A stretch of 64,000 bases of DNA from Promethearchaeota archaeon (GTDB taxonomy: Archaea > Asgardarchaeota > Lokiarchaeia > Sigyniarchaeales > SOKP01): assembly GCA_019058445.1 (NCBI GenBank), contig JAHPZA010000006.1, positions 576,001 to 640,000 of the forward strand. The letters run 5' to 3'. Below are positions 31,165-40,640 of the stretch, in pieces. The translations under genes were made by a program, and so were the position numbers. How positions within the stretch are numbered: position 1 is the stretch's first letter; each line of letters opens with the position of its first letter. The notes beneath the pieces were generated by a model. The model made no database searches. It saw nothing but the letters and a program-made list of their open reading frames with translations, and had not been told where the DNA came from.

Positions 31165-32043
31165 ACTCTTTAATATAGGTCTATTTTGGTTAAACGCCTC
31201 CATAATACCATCAAATCGAGCTTTTATAAATCTTTTCCATATTAATCCGATTTCCGTTAATATATAAAATATATCATTTTTCATTGCCTCAAATACAACA
31301 TCGCCTGCTTGATCGGGAGAAGTACCTTGTTCCAGTGATGTTATAAATGCTTTGATAAATTGTTCTGTTTCAGGATATTTTTTTATCATTCTTTCCAAGC
31401 ATGGTTCATAATCCGGACCACAAAATTCTGCTGGGCGATTTCTTTCGCTATTTATGATATTAGTGTTCACAAATCCAGGACAAAGAACTGAAACACTAAT
31501 CTTGCTTCCCATTCCTCCAAAACTTGCTCGTAGATTCTCAGAAAGTGCAACTACTCCATGTTTTGTGATACTATATATTCCATTTCCTGGATCTCCAGAG
31601 ACTAATCCCGCGCTGGATGCGGTATTAACAATATGACAATCATTATCTTGCTGAAGCATTATCGGTATAAAAGTTCGAATCCCATGGATTACACCCCATA
31701 AATTTACTCCCATAACCCAATTCCAATCCTTTAATGTGCACTCCCAAATAGGTCCTGGAGCAGCAACCCCGGCATTATTACATAATAAATGGACTTCTCC
31801 AAATGCGTCGATTGTTTTTTGGGCTAAATTTTCAATAGCTTCGGCTTTTGAAACATCAGTCAAAACTGAGATTACTTCTGTTCCCGATGCCTTAAATTCT
31901 TCTTCAGCTTGAATCAAAGCATCTTTTTCAATATCAGCCAATACCACTTTCATACCCTCTTTGGCAGCCCTTCTCGCTATGCCAAGTCCTATTCCGCTGG
32001 CAGCGCCGGTAATAACTGCCACCTTATTTTTAAACTCTTTCAT
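31159..32043 (-). CDS. SDR family oxidoreductase
   Basis: TGAASGIG, NNAG, YSITK, CPGFV. Confidence 0.92.
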   Translation of the reverse strand: MKEFKNKVAVITGAASGIGLGIARRAAKEGMKVVLADIEKDALIQAEEEFKASGTEVISVLTDVSKAEAIENLAQKTIDAFGEVHLLCNNAGVAAPGPIWECTLKDWNWVMGVNLWGVIHGIRTFIPIMLQQDNDCHIVNTASSAGLVSGDPGNGIYSITKHGVVALSENLRASFGGMGSKISVSVLCPGFVNTNIINSERNRPAEFCGPDYEPCLERMIKKYPETEQFIKAFITSLEQGTSPDQAGDVVFEAMKNDIFYILTEIGLIWKRFIKARFDGIMEAFNQNRPILKSL

Positions 32044-32108
32044 ATTTTTTACACTTCCTTTTTGTTATAATGTTAAATATTGTTAATAAAATATATAAAT
32101 TAAGGTCT

Positions 32109-32978
32109 TTATTCTAAAGATTTATGAATTTGCTTATTTTGCTTAAATGCTTCCATGATTTCTTCATTGCGAGTTTGTATCATTCTCCTGTAAGCCAGCC
32201 TTGTGTCGGTTAAAATATAAAAAACATCTTGTTTTATTGCCTCAAATACCATATCACCCACTCTATCAGGAACTTCTCCCTCCGCACCTAAACCACGCAT
32301 CGCGTCCCAAATTTGCTCCAATTCAGGATGATCTATAGGTACAGTAATATCATTACAAAATTCCTCTGGACGATTTCGCTCGCAATCCATAATTCTAGTT
32401 TTTACCATGCCAGGACAAAGCGCATGCATCTTAATTTTTGATTTTAAAAGGGAAAATTCCTTAGCTATGGCCTCTGTAAGACCCACAACCCCATATTTCG
32501 TGACTATATACATTCCTTGGCCAATCTCATTTGCCATTAGACCAGAAAGAGAAGCAGTATTTACAATATGGCATTCAACATCTTGTTTGAGCATGATGGG
32601 AATAAAGGTTCGAACCCCATAAATCACCCCCCATAAATTTACATCCATTATCCACTTCCAATCGGAAAGGGAACATTCCCAACTTATGCCAATTGGAGCA
32701 GTGCCCGCATTATTACATAATAGGTGGACTTCCCCGAATGTATCAATTGTTTTTTGGGCTAAATTCTCGACATCTTCGGCTTTCGAAACATCTGTCAATA
32801 CCGAAAGCACGGTTGCTCCAAGAGATTTCAATTCATTTTCAGTTTGAGCTAATGCCTCAGCCTCTATATCGGCTAAAACAACTTTCATACCTTCTCTGAC
32901 TGCTCTATTGACAATCCCACGACCTATTCCGCTAGCTGCGCCAGTTATGACAGCTACTTTATCTTTAAAATCTTTCAA
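32109..32978 (-). CDS. SDR family oxidoreductase, tandem paralog
   Basis: TGAASGIG, NNAG, YIVTK. Confidence 0.92.
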   Translation of the reverse strand: MKDFKDKVAVITGAASGIGRGIVNRAVREGMKVVLADIEAEALAQTENELKSLGATVLSVLTDVSKAEDVENLAQKTIDTFGEVHLLCNNAGTAPIGISWECSLSDWKWIMDVNLWGVIYGVRTFIPIMLKQDVECHIVNTASLSGLMANEIGQGMYIVTKYGVVGLTEAIAKEFSLLKSKIKMHALCPGMVKTRIMDCERNRPEEFCNDITVPIDHPELEQIWDAMRGLGAEGEVPDRVGDMVFEAIKQDVFYILTDTRLAYRRMIQTRNEEIMEAFKQNKQIHKSLE

Positions 32979-33089
32979 TTTTATCTAACCTTCTCATTTT
33001 CATTTAATATTGACTTATAATTAAAAATACGTTATAGATTAATTTAATGAATTTCTTTTATTCAATACCTTATATTTATTTAAATAAAG

Positions 33090-34865
33090 CTATTTATCAA
33101 GTTCTTCAAGACCAAGCTTTTCAAAATAATCAACCATATCTAAAACTGGGAATAACATTGTTGCCAGCATGTACGTTTTTTCTAAATGTCCGTTAGAGGA
33201 AGTTTTTTCCTTCAAAATTTCGTCTAATTTTGATTGAAACTCTTGTATTAGAGATTTAATTTCCTGATATTGCTTTTCAGTTAATAAACGAAAGAAAAAT
33301 GGTAATTCTTCAATATTTTCAACCCATTGAATACCTCTTGGTTTGGTTTCATAAAATTGGCCATAAAGATTTAATCTCGATGTCTCTACCATTTTAATCA
33401 ATTGTCTTGATAATAAATTGATTGTTTTGAATGTGAAAGATTTTTTTTTGTAAAATTCATATATCTCTTCAAAGGATTTCATTGATTCTAAAGTAAATTT
33501 TGAAAAATCAATTTTTTTTGTACTATAGTCTAGATCCTCACTCAATTTATAGTAATTTTTTTTGATGGTACCTGCTTGCGGCTCATCCTCCTTAACATAG
33601 GATTCGATAAGACCTAAATCAATTAAATGTCTGGTATAACGAGATAAAGTAGCTTTACTTTTATTTATTCTTTTAGCTAAATCACTCAGGCTTAATTCTT
33701 TATAAATCCTTAAAAATAATAAGATTTTCATATAGAATTCATTATCGAGAACTTCTGAAAAAGAATTAAACATCATACTACGTAATATCCTGCGGCTCAA
33801 TGAAGCAAAAATTTCATCTACGTTATGACCAGTATTAGCAGAACTATATATATGACTAAATAATTGATGTTTTTTAGCTAGATTCATAGCCTCCTTATTT
33901 GAAATAGCTCTTTTTTCTAGGTCTGTTTTATTACCGACCATTAAAATAGGGACTTCTATATTTCCTCTAACATTTCTAAATTCTTGAATCCATTTATTCA
34001 TATTCTTAATGCTTAAATCATTAGTTAAATCATACATAAAAATACCTCCAGAAGCTCCCCTCATATAATAATATCTAATAGATTTAAATCGATCATCAGC
34101 AGAAATATCCCAAATTTGTAAAGTGATCTTTTTTCCATCTACATCTAAATCTTTTTTAAAAAAATCTACACCGCTTTCCGTTTTTTTAATTTCGGATTTA
34201 GGGTCTTTAGATACAAAATTAGTAACTATTGAAGATTTCCCTACACCCTTATCTCCAAATAAGCAAATCTTAAGTAGTAATTTCTTAGTAATTGTTGAAC
34301 ATATGCCAACTAATAATTGAAAAATTTTATCGAGTTCTTTTTTAAATTCTTCTGTATCTTTTATTGAGGTCTCAATATATTGAGTAATCCCCTCCTTTTT
34401 AGCAAATTTAATAAATTTATTTCTATCTATGTCTTTATTTTCTTTAACTAAATCGATTTTGTTACCAATTAATATAAAAGGGCCATCAATCTCAGCATTC
34501 GTTCGAATTAAATTGAGATATTTTTTAATATATTTCAAAGTTTTTGGTTTTGTAAGGTCAAAAATGAAAATTGCGGCATTAGCACCCTTACAATATTTTT
34601 TATGAACAAACTCGAATTTTTCATCATCAAAAAAAACCCAAAAATGAAATATGTATTCTTCTTTGTTAATCATTAATTTATGTCGAAGGAAATCAACTCC
34701 GATTATATCTCTTATGTCTTCTCCACCTTTCATAAATGGATTGGTGAATGTTGTTTTGCCAACCCCTGACGCTCCAACTACTAAAATTTTAAAACTACCT
34801 TCAGCCATTATTTTATCTTTGATTTTTTTCAATTTAATTTTATTTAAGATCACTTTAATTTTCAC
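33090..34865 (-). CDS. Tandem Rab-like GTPase domains fused to a C-terminal winged-helix (ArsR/MarR-like) domain
   Basis: GASGVGKT...NKID; GDKGVGKS...NKTD...SAN; LSLSDLAKRINKSKATLSRYTRHLIDLGLI HTH. Confidence 0.85.
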   Translation of the reverse strand: MKIKVILNKIKLKKIKDKIMAEGSFKILVVGASGVGKTTFTNPFMKGGEDIRDIIGVDFLRHKLMINKEEYIFHFWVFFDDEKFEFVHKKYCKGANAAIFIFDLTKPKTLKYIKKYLNLIRTNAEIDGPFILIGNKIDLVKENKDIDRNKFIKFAKKEGITQYIETSIKDTEEFKKELDKIFQLLVGICSTITKKLLLKICLFGDKGVGKSSIVTNFVSKDPKSEIKKTESGVDFFKKDLDVDGKKITLQIWDISADDRFKSIRYYYMRGASGGIFMYDLTNDLSIKNMNKWIQEFRNVRGNIEVPILMVGNKTDLEKRAISNKEAMNLAKKHQLFSHIYSSANTGHNVDEIFASLSRRILRSMMFNSFSEVLDNEFYMKILLFLRIYKELSLSDLAKRINKSKATLSRYTRHLIDLGLIESYVKEDEPQAGTIKKNYYKLSEDLDYSTKKIDFSKFTLESMKSFEEIYEFYKKKSFTFKTINLLSRQLIKMVETSRLNLYGQFYETKPRGIQWVENIEELPFFFRLLTEKQYQEIKSLIQEFQSKLDEILKEKTSSNGHLEKTYMLATMLFPVLDMVDYFEKLGLEELDK

Positions 34866-34930
34866 ATATTAAGAATTTATACAACAGAACTTTTTGAAAA
34901 TTTTAATATTTTTTTTTATTATATTATATT

Positions 34931-35341
34931 CTATACGAGCAATGCGATTTTTTCGCATATTTTTCTACAGTTAAGAAAAATTAGACCAATATTCGCATTT
35001 TTATTGGTAGAAATCATTAAAACTGCATTTTGACCAACTGTTAAAACAAGGAGATTGCGATCGGAACCTTGTATATAAACCTGTTCCAAATCACCCGCAC
35101 GCATTTGTAAAGAAGCTTTCTCAGCCGTACATAAAATTGATGCTGTTAAAGCTGCTAATTGTGTTTCATCAACGTCATGTGGAAGTGCTGAAGCTATTGG
35201 TAATCCTTCTTGGGATAAAATTGTTGCCGCTCTCACTTCAGGTATGATATGTAATAGTTCTTTTAAAATTTTCCGGAGTGATTTCAGATATGATTCTTTT
35301 TCGTCTTCTTTCTCTTCTTTTATTAATTTAAATGTCGAAAT
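34931..35341 (-). CDS. Roadblock/LC7 (MglB-like) protein; N-terminal helix lies upstream of GTG 35236, probable ATT start
   Basis: ILSQEGLPIASALP..LAALTA..LEQVYIQG..NIGLIF. Confidence 0.88.
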   Translation of the reverse strand: MSTFKLIKEEKEDEKESYLKSLRKILKELLHIIPEVRAATILSQEGLPIASALPHDVDETQLAALTASILCTAEKASLQMRAGDLEQVYIQGSDRNLLVLTVGQNAVLMISTNKNANIGLIFLNCRKICEKIALLV

Positions 35342-35411
35342 AATAAATCACCATTGATTTTTTTTAAAATTTATTTCAATCAAATTTTCAAAAAAAAATT
35401 TTTTATATTGA

Positions 35412-35606
35412 TTAAATTACTCCGCTTACCAAAATTGGTTTCTTTTTGTCTGAATTGGAATTATCAAAGCATTCAATGTGATAATATAAGGTATTATCTT
35501 TTCCCTCAACATATTTCCCATCTTTTAATTCACCATAGCTTATCTGGTAAACCTTGTCTAAATCTTCTTGCTTAATTTTTAATCCACACACATTACATCT
35601 AACCAT
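35412..35606 (-). CDS. Small zinc-finger protein (CxxC...HxxC)
   Basis: CNVC and YYHIEC; GGTGA SD. Confidence 0.75.
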   Translation of the reverse strand: MVRCNVCGLKIKQEDLDKVYQISYGELKDGKYVEGKDNTLYYHIECFDNSNSDKKKPILVSGVI

Positions 35607-35635
35607 TTTATTTTTTCACCTCTATTAGATTTTTA

Positions 35636-35857
35636 TTACAATCCTCTCCCTTTTAAGAATAAAAGAGTAGAAGAAAATTTGGCACTAGGAGGATTTAGGA
35701 TGAATGATTTTCCTTTCGTATAAGAAAAAAGGACCAATTTTACTAATTCATCAAAGTATCCTTTTTTTCTTTCTTTTTTTACCCCCTTAAGTTTTTCACT
35801 CATTACTCTTTCATTTTTCTCTTCTTGTTGTGTTTGTTTCTTAAATTCAATTGTCAT
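35636..35857 (-). CDS. Small hypothetical protein
   Basis: GAGGTGA SD; tight spacing within the operon. Confidence 0.6.
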   Translation of the reverse strand: MTIEFKKQTQQEEKNERVMSEKLKGVKKERKKGYFDELVKLVLFSYTKGKSFILNPPSAKFSSTLLFLKGRGL

Positions 35858-35904
35858 ACTTTCAGATCACCTCTTAATGAATTTTTTTTACAGTTTATCA
35901 CTTT

Positions 35905-36105
35905 TTAATAAATATCGTTAAATTGGGAGGTATTGCTTAGATCTAAAACTTCCGAATTCTCTTTCAATCGCTCATAAAATCTCAATAGTTTTTCGAATTT
36001 GGCTATTAGCTCATTGTAATAGTCCTGATCGGCATATTTCCTTTTTTTAAGTTCTTTTGCCTGTGTTATATCTCTTTTATATCTCTGTATTTTTTGATCA
36101 AGCAA
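35905..36105 (-). CDS. 66-aa helical protein, copy A
   Basis: GAGGTGA SD; near-identical to 38039-38239. Confidence 0.8.
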   Translation of the reverse strand: MLDQKIQRYKRDITQAKELKKRKYADQDYYNELIAKFEKLLRFYERLKENSEVLDLSNTSQFNDIY

Positions 36106-36314
36106 TTTTAATCACCTCACATTTTTTTTACTTTTTTTTCAAATTATTTCAACTTATGATTATTATGCAATGTTTCATATTTAAATATTTCGCAACGTTG
36201 CATAAATCATATTTTATGAAACAATAAACTTTTATTTTGGATTAATATTGGTTTTACCCTCTTTCTCTCCAAGATTTCCAAATCCTATTTTTAAAACTCA
36301 AATTTGAGTTTGTC

Positions 36315-36875
36315 TTAATCGGGGGATAAATCCGCTATTGTGTATCGAATTAAATCTATCGTTTTAAAATGTTCAGTAAATAACTGTTCTTTGCTTATAG
36401 TAGCATCTAATGATAATGTTAAAAAGAAATCAGAGCCGCAATCAACTACAAGCAATTTTCCCTTATCACCTTGAATAAATACTATATTTAAACTTCCCTT
36501 TTTATATTCTCTACAAGCCCGTTCACTTAAAGATAATACCGCTGCCGTCATGGCTGCAACTTTAGTATCATCAGATCCTTCTGGGAGAATACTACTTATT
36601 GGTATACCTTGACTATTAATTAAAGCAACTGCGAGCACACCCTCAATCTTCATTATCATTTTTAGCAATAATGTGACATTTAAAATCTTATTGGTAATTC
36701 TATAAATTTTATATCTATCAATAAACAATCCAGTTTCCTCAATTAAGCCCTTTTCTTTTAATCTATTAATAGTAGTCCTTATTTTAGGTTCCTCTATACC
36801 TGTTTTTTCGCTTAATTGGGAAGTTGTAAGTGGTTGGTTTTTCAATTCTCGCATAATTTGTTGTCCTATTGTCAT
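36315..36875 (-). CDS. wHTH-roadblock/LC7 fusion protein
   Basis: PLTTSQLSEKTGI...INRLKEKGLI; INSQGIPISSILP..VAAMTA. Confidence 0.85.
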   Translation of the reverse strand: MTIGQQIMRELKNQPLTTSQLSEKTGIEEPKIRTTINRLKEKGLIEETGLFIDRYKIYRITNKILNVTLLLKMIMKIEGVLAVALINSQGIPISSILPEGSDDTKVAAMTAAVLSLSERACREYKKGSLNIVFIQGDKGKLLVVDCGSDFFLTLSLDATISKEQLFTEHFKTIDLIRYTIADLSPD

Positions 36876-37051
36876 TCGAATAATAGATCACCTTTTTTCA
36901 TAAATAACAAATCTATTATTTATAAACCAAATTAATTATTTAAATGTTATGTTAATGTTATACTAAGCAAAAATGAATATTTAAAGATGTTATATAAAAC
37001 CTAATTATGTTAAAAAAATTATTATGATTGATAGAGCTTTTTTGATTATCA

Positions 37052-37951
37052 TTATTTCTCTGCCTCATCATCTCTTAATTTGAATTTTTCCATAATTTTT
37101 TCCATTTTTTCTGAGATGATTTTCTCAATTTTCGTTTCTAAAGTATCTTGAACTTTCTCAGATTTTCCATAATTTTTGCGATATTCTCTGACAGCATCCC
37201 GAATCATTTGAGACATGGATTTATTCAATACATCCCTAGCAAAAATTTCCCATTCATTTTTTAATTCTTCCGTTAGCGTTAAATTAATTCTTGCTGTTTT
37301 TGTTGGTTTTGTATCTTCGAGATAGAGCTTGGTTCGTTGGACACATTCCATAAAGGCTTCGTAAACATTTTTTTGCTTGTCATACAGGCCAATTGTTTCA
37401 AAAATAATAGGATTCCATGTGTATGATGGATCCTCTGAATCAAAGATTAAGCCTTCATCTTTTAAAATTTGCTCAACTTCAGATTTATTAACCGTTTCTG
37501 ATAAATCCTGTTTATTTAACATAATGGTAAGCGGAATTTTTTTGACCAATTTACCCTTAGAAATTTCTTGAAGTTCTTTTAAACTTTCTATATTTTCAGT
37601 TACTCGAGATTTTTGTGAATCAAAAACAAAAATGACGCCATCAGTTCCGCGAAATACTTTTTTTCTTATAGTAACAAAACTTTTTACACCTGTAACCGTA
37701 TATATCTGGTAAAAAACTTTATCTATTTTTGGAAGTTCCTCTAAAAAATCAGTAAAAACAACTCTGTCGAAATATAAAGTTGTTCCGCTCGCTCTCTTTA
37801 TACTGGTCATATCACCAACTGGAATGATATCTTTATTTTTATCTTTAGTTAGTTTATGAAGTGTATCGAGAATTGTAGTCATACCGGCTTGATGTGGACC
37901 CCAATAAACAATCTTTATATATACTTTATTATCTGATGTCCATCGAACCAT
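37052..37951 (-). CDS. MglA-like GTPase with degenerate P-loop, fused to a ribbon-helix-helix domain
   Basis: KIVYWGPHQAGMTT, TTLYFD, GTDGVIFVFDSQ, NKQDL; RINLTLTEELKNEW..SMSQMIRDAVREY. Confidence 0.82.
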   Translation of the reverse strand: MVRWTSDNKVYIKIVYWGPHQAGMTTILDTLHKLTKDKNKDIIPVGDMTSIKRASGTTLYFDRVVFTDFLEELPKIDKVFYQIYTVTGVKSFVTIRKKVFRGTDGVIFVFDSQKSRVTENIESLKELQEISKGKLVKKIPLTIMLNKQDLSETVNKSEVEQILKDEGLIFDSEDPSYTWNPIIFETIGLYDKQKNVYEAFMECVQRTKLYLEDTKPTKTARINLTLTEELKNEWEIFARDVLNKSMSQMIRDAVREYRKNYGKSEKVQDTLETKIEKIISEKMEKIMEKFKLRDDEAEK

Positions 37952-38029
37952 TGAATTTACTCTTGGAAATTTGATTAATTAACCTTTATTAAATAAAAAT
38001 TAAAATTAATTCTATTTTTTTTAATATTC

Positions 38030-38305
38030 TATCACTTTTTAATAAATGTCGTTAAATTGGGAGGTATTGCTTTGATCCAAAGCTTCCGAACTCTCTTTTA
38101 ATCGTTCGTAGAATCTCAATAGTTTTTCGAATTTAGCTATTAGCCCATTGTAATAATCTTGATATGCATATTTCTTTTTTTTAAGTTCCTTTGCATATGC
38201 TATATCTCTTTTATATCTCTCTATTTTTTGATCGAGCAATTCTATTCACCTCCCAATTTTTTTTTTTCCTTTTTTTTCAAATTATTTCGATTTAAGATTA
38301 TTATT
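38030..38305. repeat. ~270-bp direct duplication of 35896-36165 (66-aa gene plus SD and upstream sequence)
   Basis: Shared tatcactttttaataaat..cgttaaattgggaggtattgctt...tttttttcaaattatttc. Confidence 0.85.
38039..38239 (-). CDS. 66-aa helical protein, copy B
   Basis: GGAGGTGA SD; near-identical to 35905-36105. Confidence 0.8.
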   Translation of the reverse strand: MLDQKIERYKRDIAYAKELKKKKYAYQDYYNGLIAKFEKLLRFYERLKESSEALDQSNTSQFNDIY

Positions 38306-38369
38306 ACATAAGTTATATATAAATTTTACGTAAAAATTACATAAAAGTAACATAAAAATTGCATATTTA
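38304..38369. promoter_or_regulatory. Phased 11-bp direct repeats (TTACATA-like), putative RHH operator
   Basis: ttacgtaaaaa ttacataaaag taacataaaaa ttgcatattta at 38326-38369, plus ttacata 22 bp upstream. Confidence 0.45.
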
Positions 38370-38518
38370 TAGAAAAAAATATCTTAATATCATTCTCACT
38401 TCAAAATTGCATATTTCTTAACCTGAAGTGATTTAAAATATCTCTAAAAGTGAAAAGAATACTATTTTATATTCTAATAATTTTATATCTAGTATTAAAA
38501 AAATGAAGATGGTATATT

Positions 38519-38881
38519 ATGCCAGAAATAGAACAATATAAATACGAAACTCTTATTAAAGTGTTTGTTATATTGGGAGGGTTTATTGGGCTAGTAACTC
38601 AGATAATATACTTAGCTGGACTTTCATACTTCCCCAGGATCATTCCAAACTGGTGGGGAACTTCTATTATAATTATTCTATTAGTTGGAATAGTTATTTC
38701 AGTATTAACAATTATCTGCGGATTAAGAAAACAGTCAAAAACCGGAAATGAAATTGTTCCGTTTCATTGGATTACATTTCTCATTTTAGGAATATTATTA
38801 GTCCTGTTTGGAGGCGGTATAGTTGCTTGTGTTTTGCTTATTATTGCTTTTATCTTAGGTCTTATTGATGAATTTGTGTAA
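38519..38881 (+). CDS. Small membrane protein
   Basis: 4 hydrophobic segments. Confidence 0.7.
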   Translation: MPEIEQYKYETLIKVFVILGGFIGLVTQIIYLAGLSYFPRIIPNWWGTSIIIILLVGIVISVLTIICGLRKQSKTGNEIVPFHWITFLILGILLVLFGGGIVACVLLIIAFILGLIDEFV

Positions 38882-38925
38882 AATAAGGCAATAATGAATT
38901 TCTTTTTTTTTTACGATTTAACCAT

Positions 38926-39795
38926 CTAATCCATCCCAGTTTCTAGAAAATAAGATATTATTTTTTCAGGTATATTAATTTCCGTAACTTTTTGTAAAGC
39001 AGTGAAACCGGGAATTGAATTTACTTCAATTACATAGTAACCCTCTTCGCTTTCTAATATATCGACCCCAGCAATTTCAGTTTTAGTAACTTGCGCCGAT
39101 TTAACTGCCAATTTTGTTAGCTCCTCAGTAAGTTCTAATGGTTTTACTTCAGCACCAGCGTATACATTTGTCTTCCAGTTATCACTTACTCTATACATAC
39201 CAGCAATCGCTTTATCTCCGATTACAAAGATTCTAATATCTCGGTTATAATGCTCTATAAACTCTTGAAGATAGAAAACCTCGTTTAACTGTCCTAAGGT
39301 AATTATTACATTTTCTGCAAATCCTTTATCATTCAATCGAGAAATTCCAATGCCCTTAGAACCAAATAAAGGTTTAATAATTACATCGCCGCCAAGTTCT
39401 TCATACATATGAATTGCATCATGGGGATCTTCACAAATTATTGTTTTGGGGGTTGGAATATTATGTTTTTCTAAAAATACTGATGTTAAAAATTTATCAC
39501 TCGCAATCTCTAAGGATTCCCTTGAATTAATCAATCTTATTCCATACTCTTCAATAGCCCTTAATATATCGAGCCTAAAAAATATCTTTTGAGTTACATT
39601 TGCCCCAAAACCTCTAACCAGAATTCTTTTCGGTTCAAGATTGAGAAATTGATCTTCAAATTTATGGATATTAACTTTCACTTTAATGGTTGAGGGAATA
39701 AAATATTGCACTTCATATCCTTTACTATTAAATTCACTTGTTAATAATTGAATTTCCGGGTCCTTAGGATTAGGAGTTATAATCATGGTATACAT
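38926..39795 (-). CDS. RimK-family ATP-grasp ligase (MptN/CofF-like)
   Basis: DKFLT, KPLFGSKG, LQEFI, DIR, GVDI, EVNSIPG. Confidence 0.9.
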   Translation of the reverse strand: MYTMIITPNPKDPEIQLLTSEFNSKGYEVQYFIPSTIKVKVNIHKFEDQFLNLEPKRILVRGFGANVTQKIFFRLDILRAIEEYGIRLINSRESLEIASDKFLTSVFLEKHNIPTPKTIICEDPHDAIHMYEELGGDVIIKPLFGSKGIGISRLNDKGFAENVIITLGQLNEVFYLQEFIEHYNRDIRIFVIGDKAIAGMYRVSDNWKTNVYAGAEVKPLELTEELTKLAVKSAQVTKTEIAGVDILESEEGYYVIEVNSIPGFTALQKVTEINIPEKIISYFLETGMD

Positions 39796-39888
39796 TTTTT
39801 ATTCCTTGTAAGAAATTACTTAATTGGGTAGGATCAATATTTATAAATTGAGGCACTATAAATATATTTAATTTATATGAAAATATAG

Positions 39889-40509
39889 ATGAACTCAATG
39901 GACAGTCAAGAAAAAGAAAAAGAAATCGAAAAATTAAGCAAAGTGCTAAGTAGCATTCAAAATCTATATTATAAAAAAAAAGAGCAGCTTGATGAATTAC
40001 AATTAGAAATATCTGAATTAAAAGTTATGCTGAATCATCTTAATTCGATTGTCTCAAACAAATCTTTTCATAGTGCGGATGAATTATATCATAGTGCTTT
40101 GAATACGTTAGAGAAAGAGGAAAATTCGGTAGAGGAGTATTTTCAAGAAGAAGTTCCGGCTGAGAAAGCGAAAGGAACCAAAATAAAACGAAAAATATTT
40201 TCTAAAGATGACCAAGACCTGTTATGTGTTCTAAATTTTATTGATTTTAATCAAATTCAAATTAAGTTTATTGATCCAGACGTAAGAAATATAAAAGAAT
40301 CTTGTGAAGAATTTGTTAATATTTTCTTAAGAGGAGCGTTAATTCCAATAAAAGAGAAATATCCCGAAATGAAACTAGATTATGTTCATTTTAAAAACTC
40401 TAATATTATTGAAAAGATAGAGATCTCGAATATAACCTCTATTAACGATTATGATTTAATTACGTCCAAAATACGGGAATTGCTTTTTATAATCAAATCT
40501 GAGAAATAA
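39889..40509 (+). CDS. Hypothetical protein with N-terminal coiled coil
   Basis: 206-aa ORF. Confidence 0.7.
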   Translation: MNSMDSQEKEKEIEKLSKVLSSIQNLYYKKKEQLDELQLEISELKVMLNHLNSIVSNKSFHSADELYHSALNTLEKEENSVEEYFQEEVPAEKAKGTKIKRKIFSKDDQDLLCVLNFIDFNQIQIKFIDPDVRNIKESCEEFVNIFLRGALIPIKEKYPEMKLDYVHFKNSNIIEKIEISNITSINDYDLITSKIRELLFIIKSEK

Positions 40510-40640
40510 TCTCATAGATTAGCAACTTTTATCATTAGCAAAGAAATATATTGAGATATTATTTTGTTTTATTAAAACACAAAAAATTAATACATACGTC
40601 CATTTTTAATTATATAAATATTGTAGGAGTGTAGGTAATA

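Noticed and set aside
35896-38305. Direct repeats as transposon or provirus ends
   Set aside because: No transposase, integrase or terminal inverted repeats; the repeats are a duplicated gene
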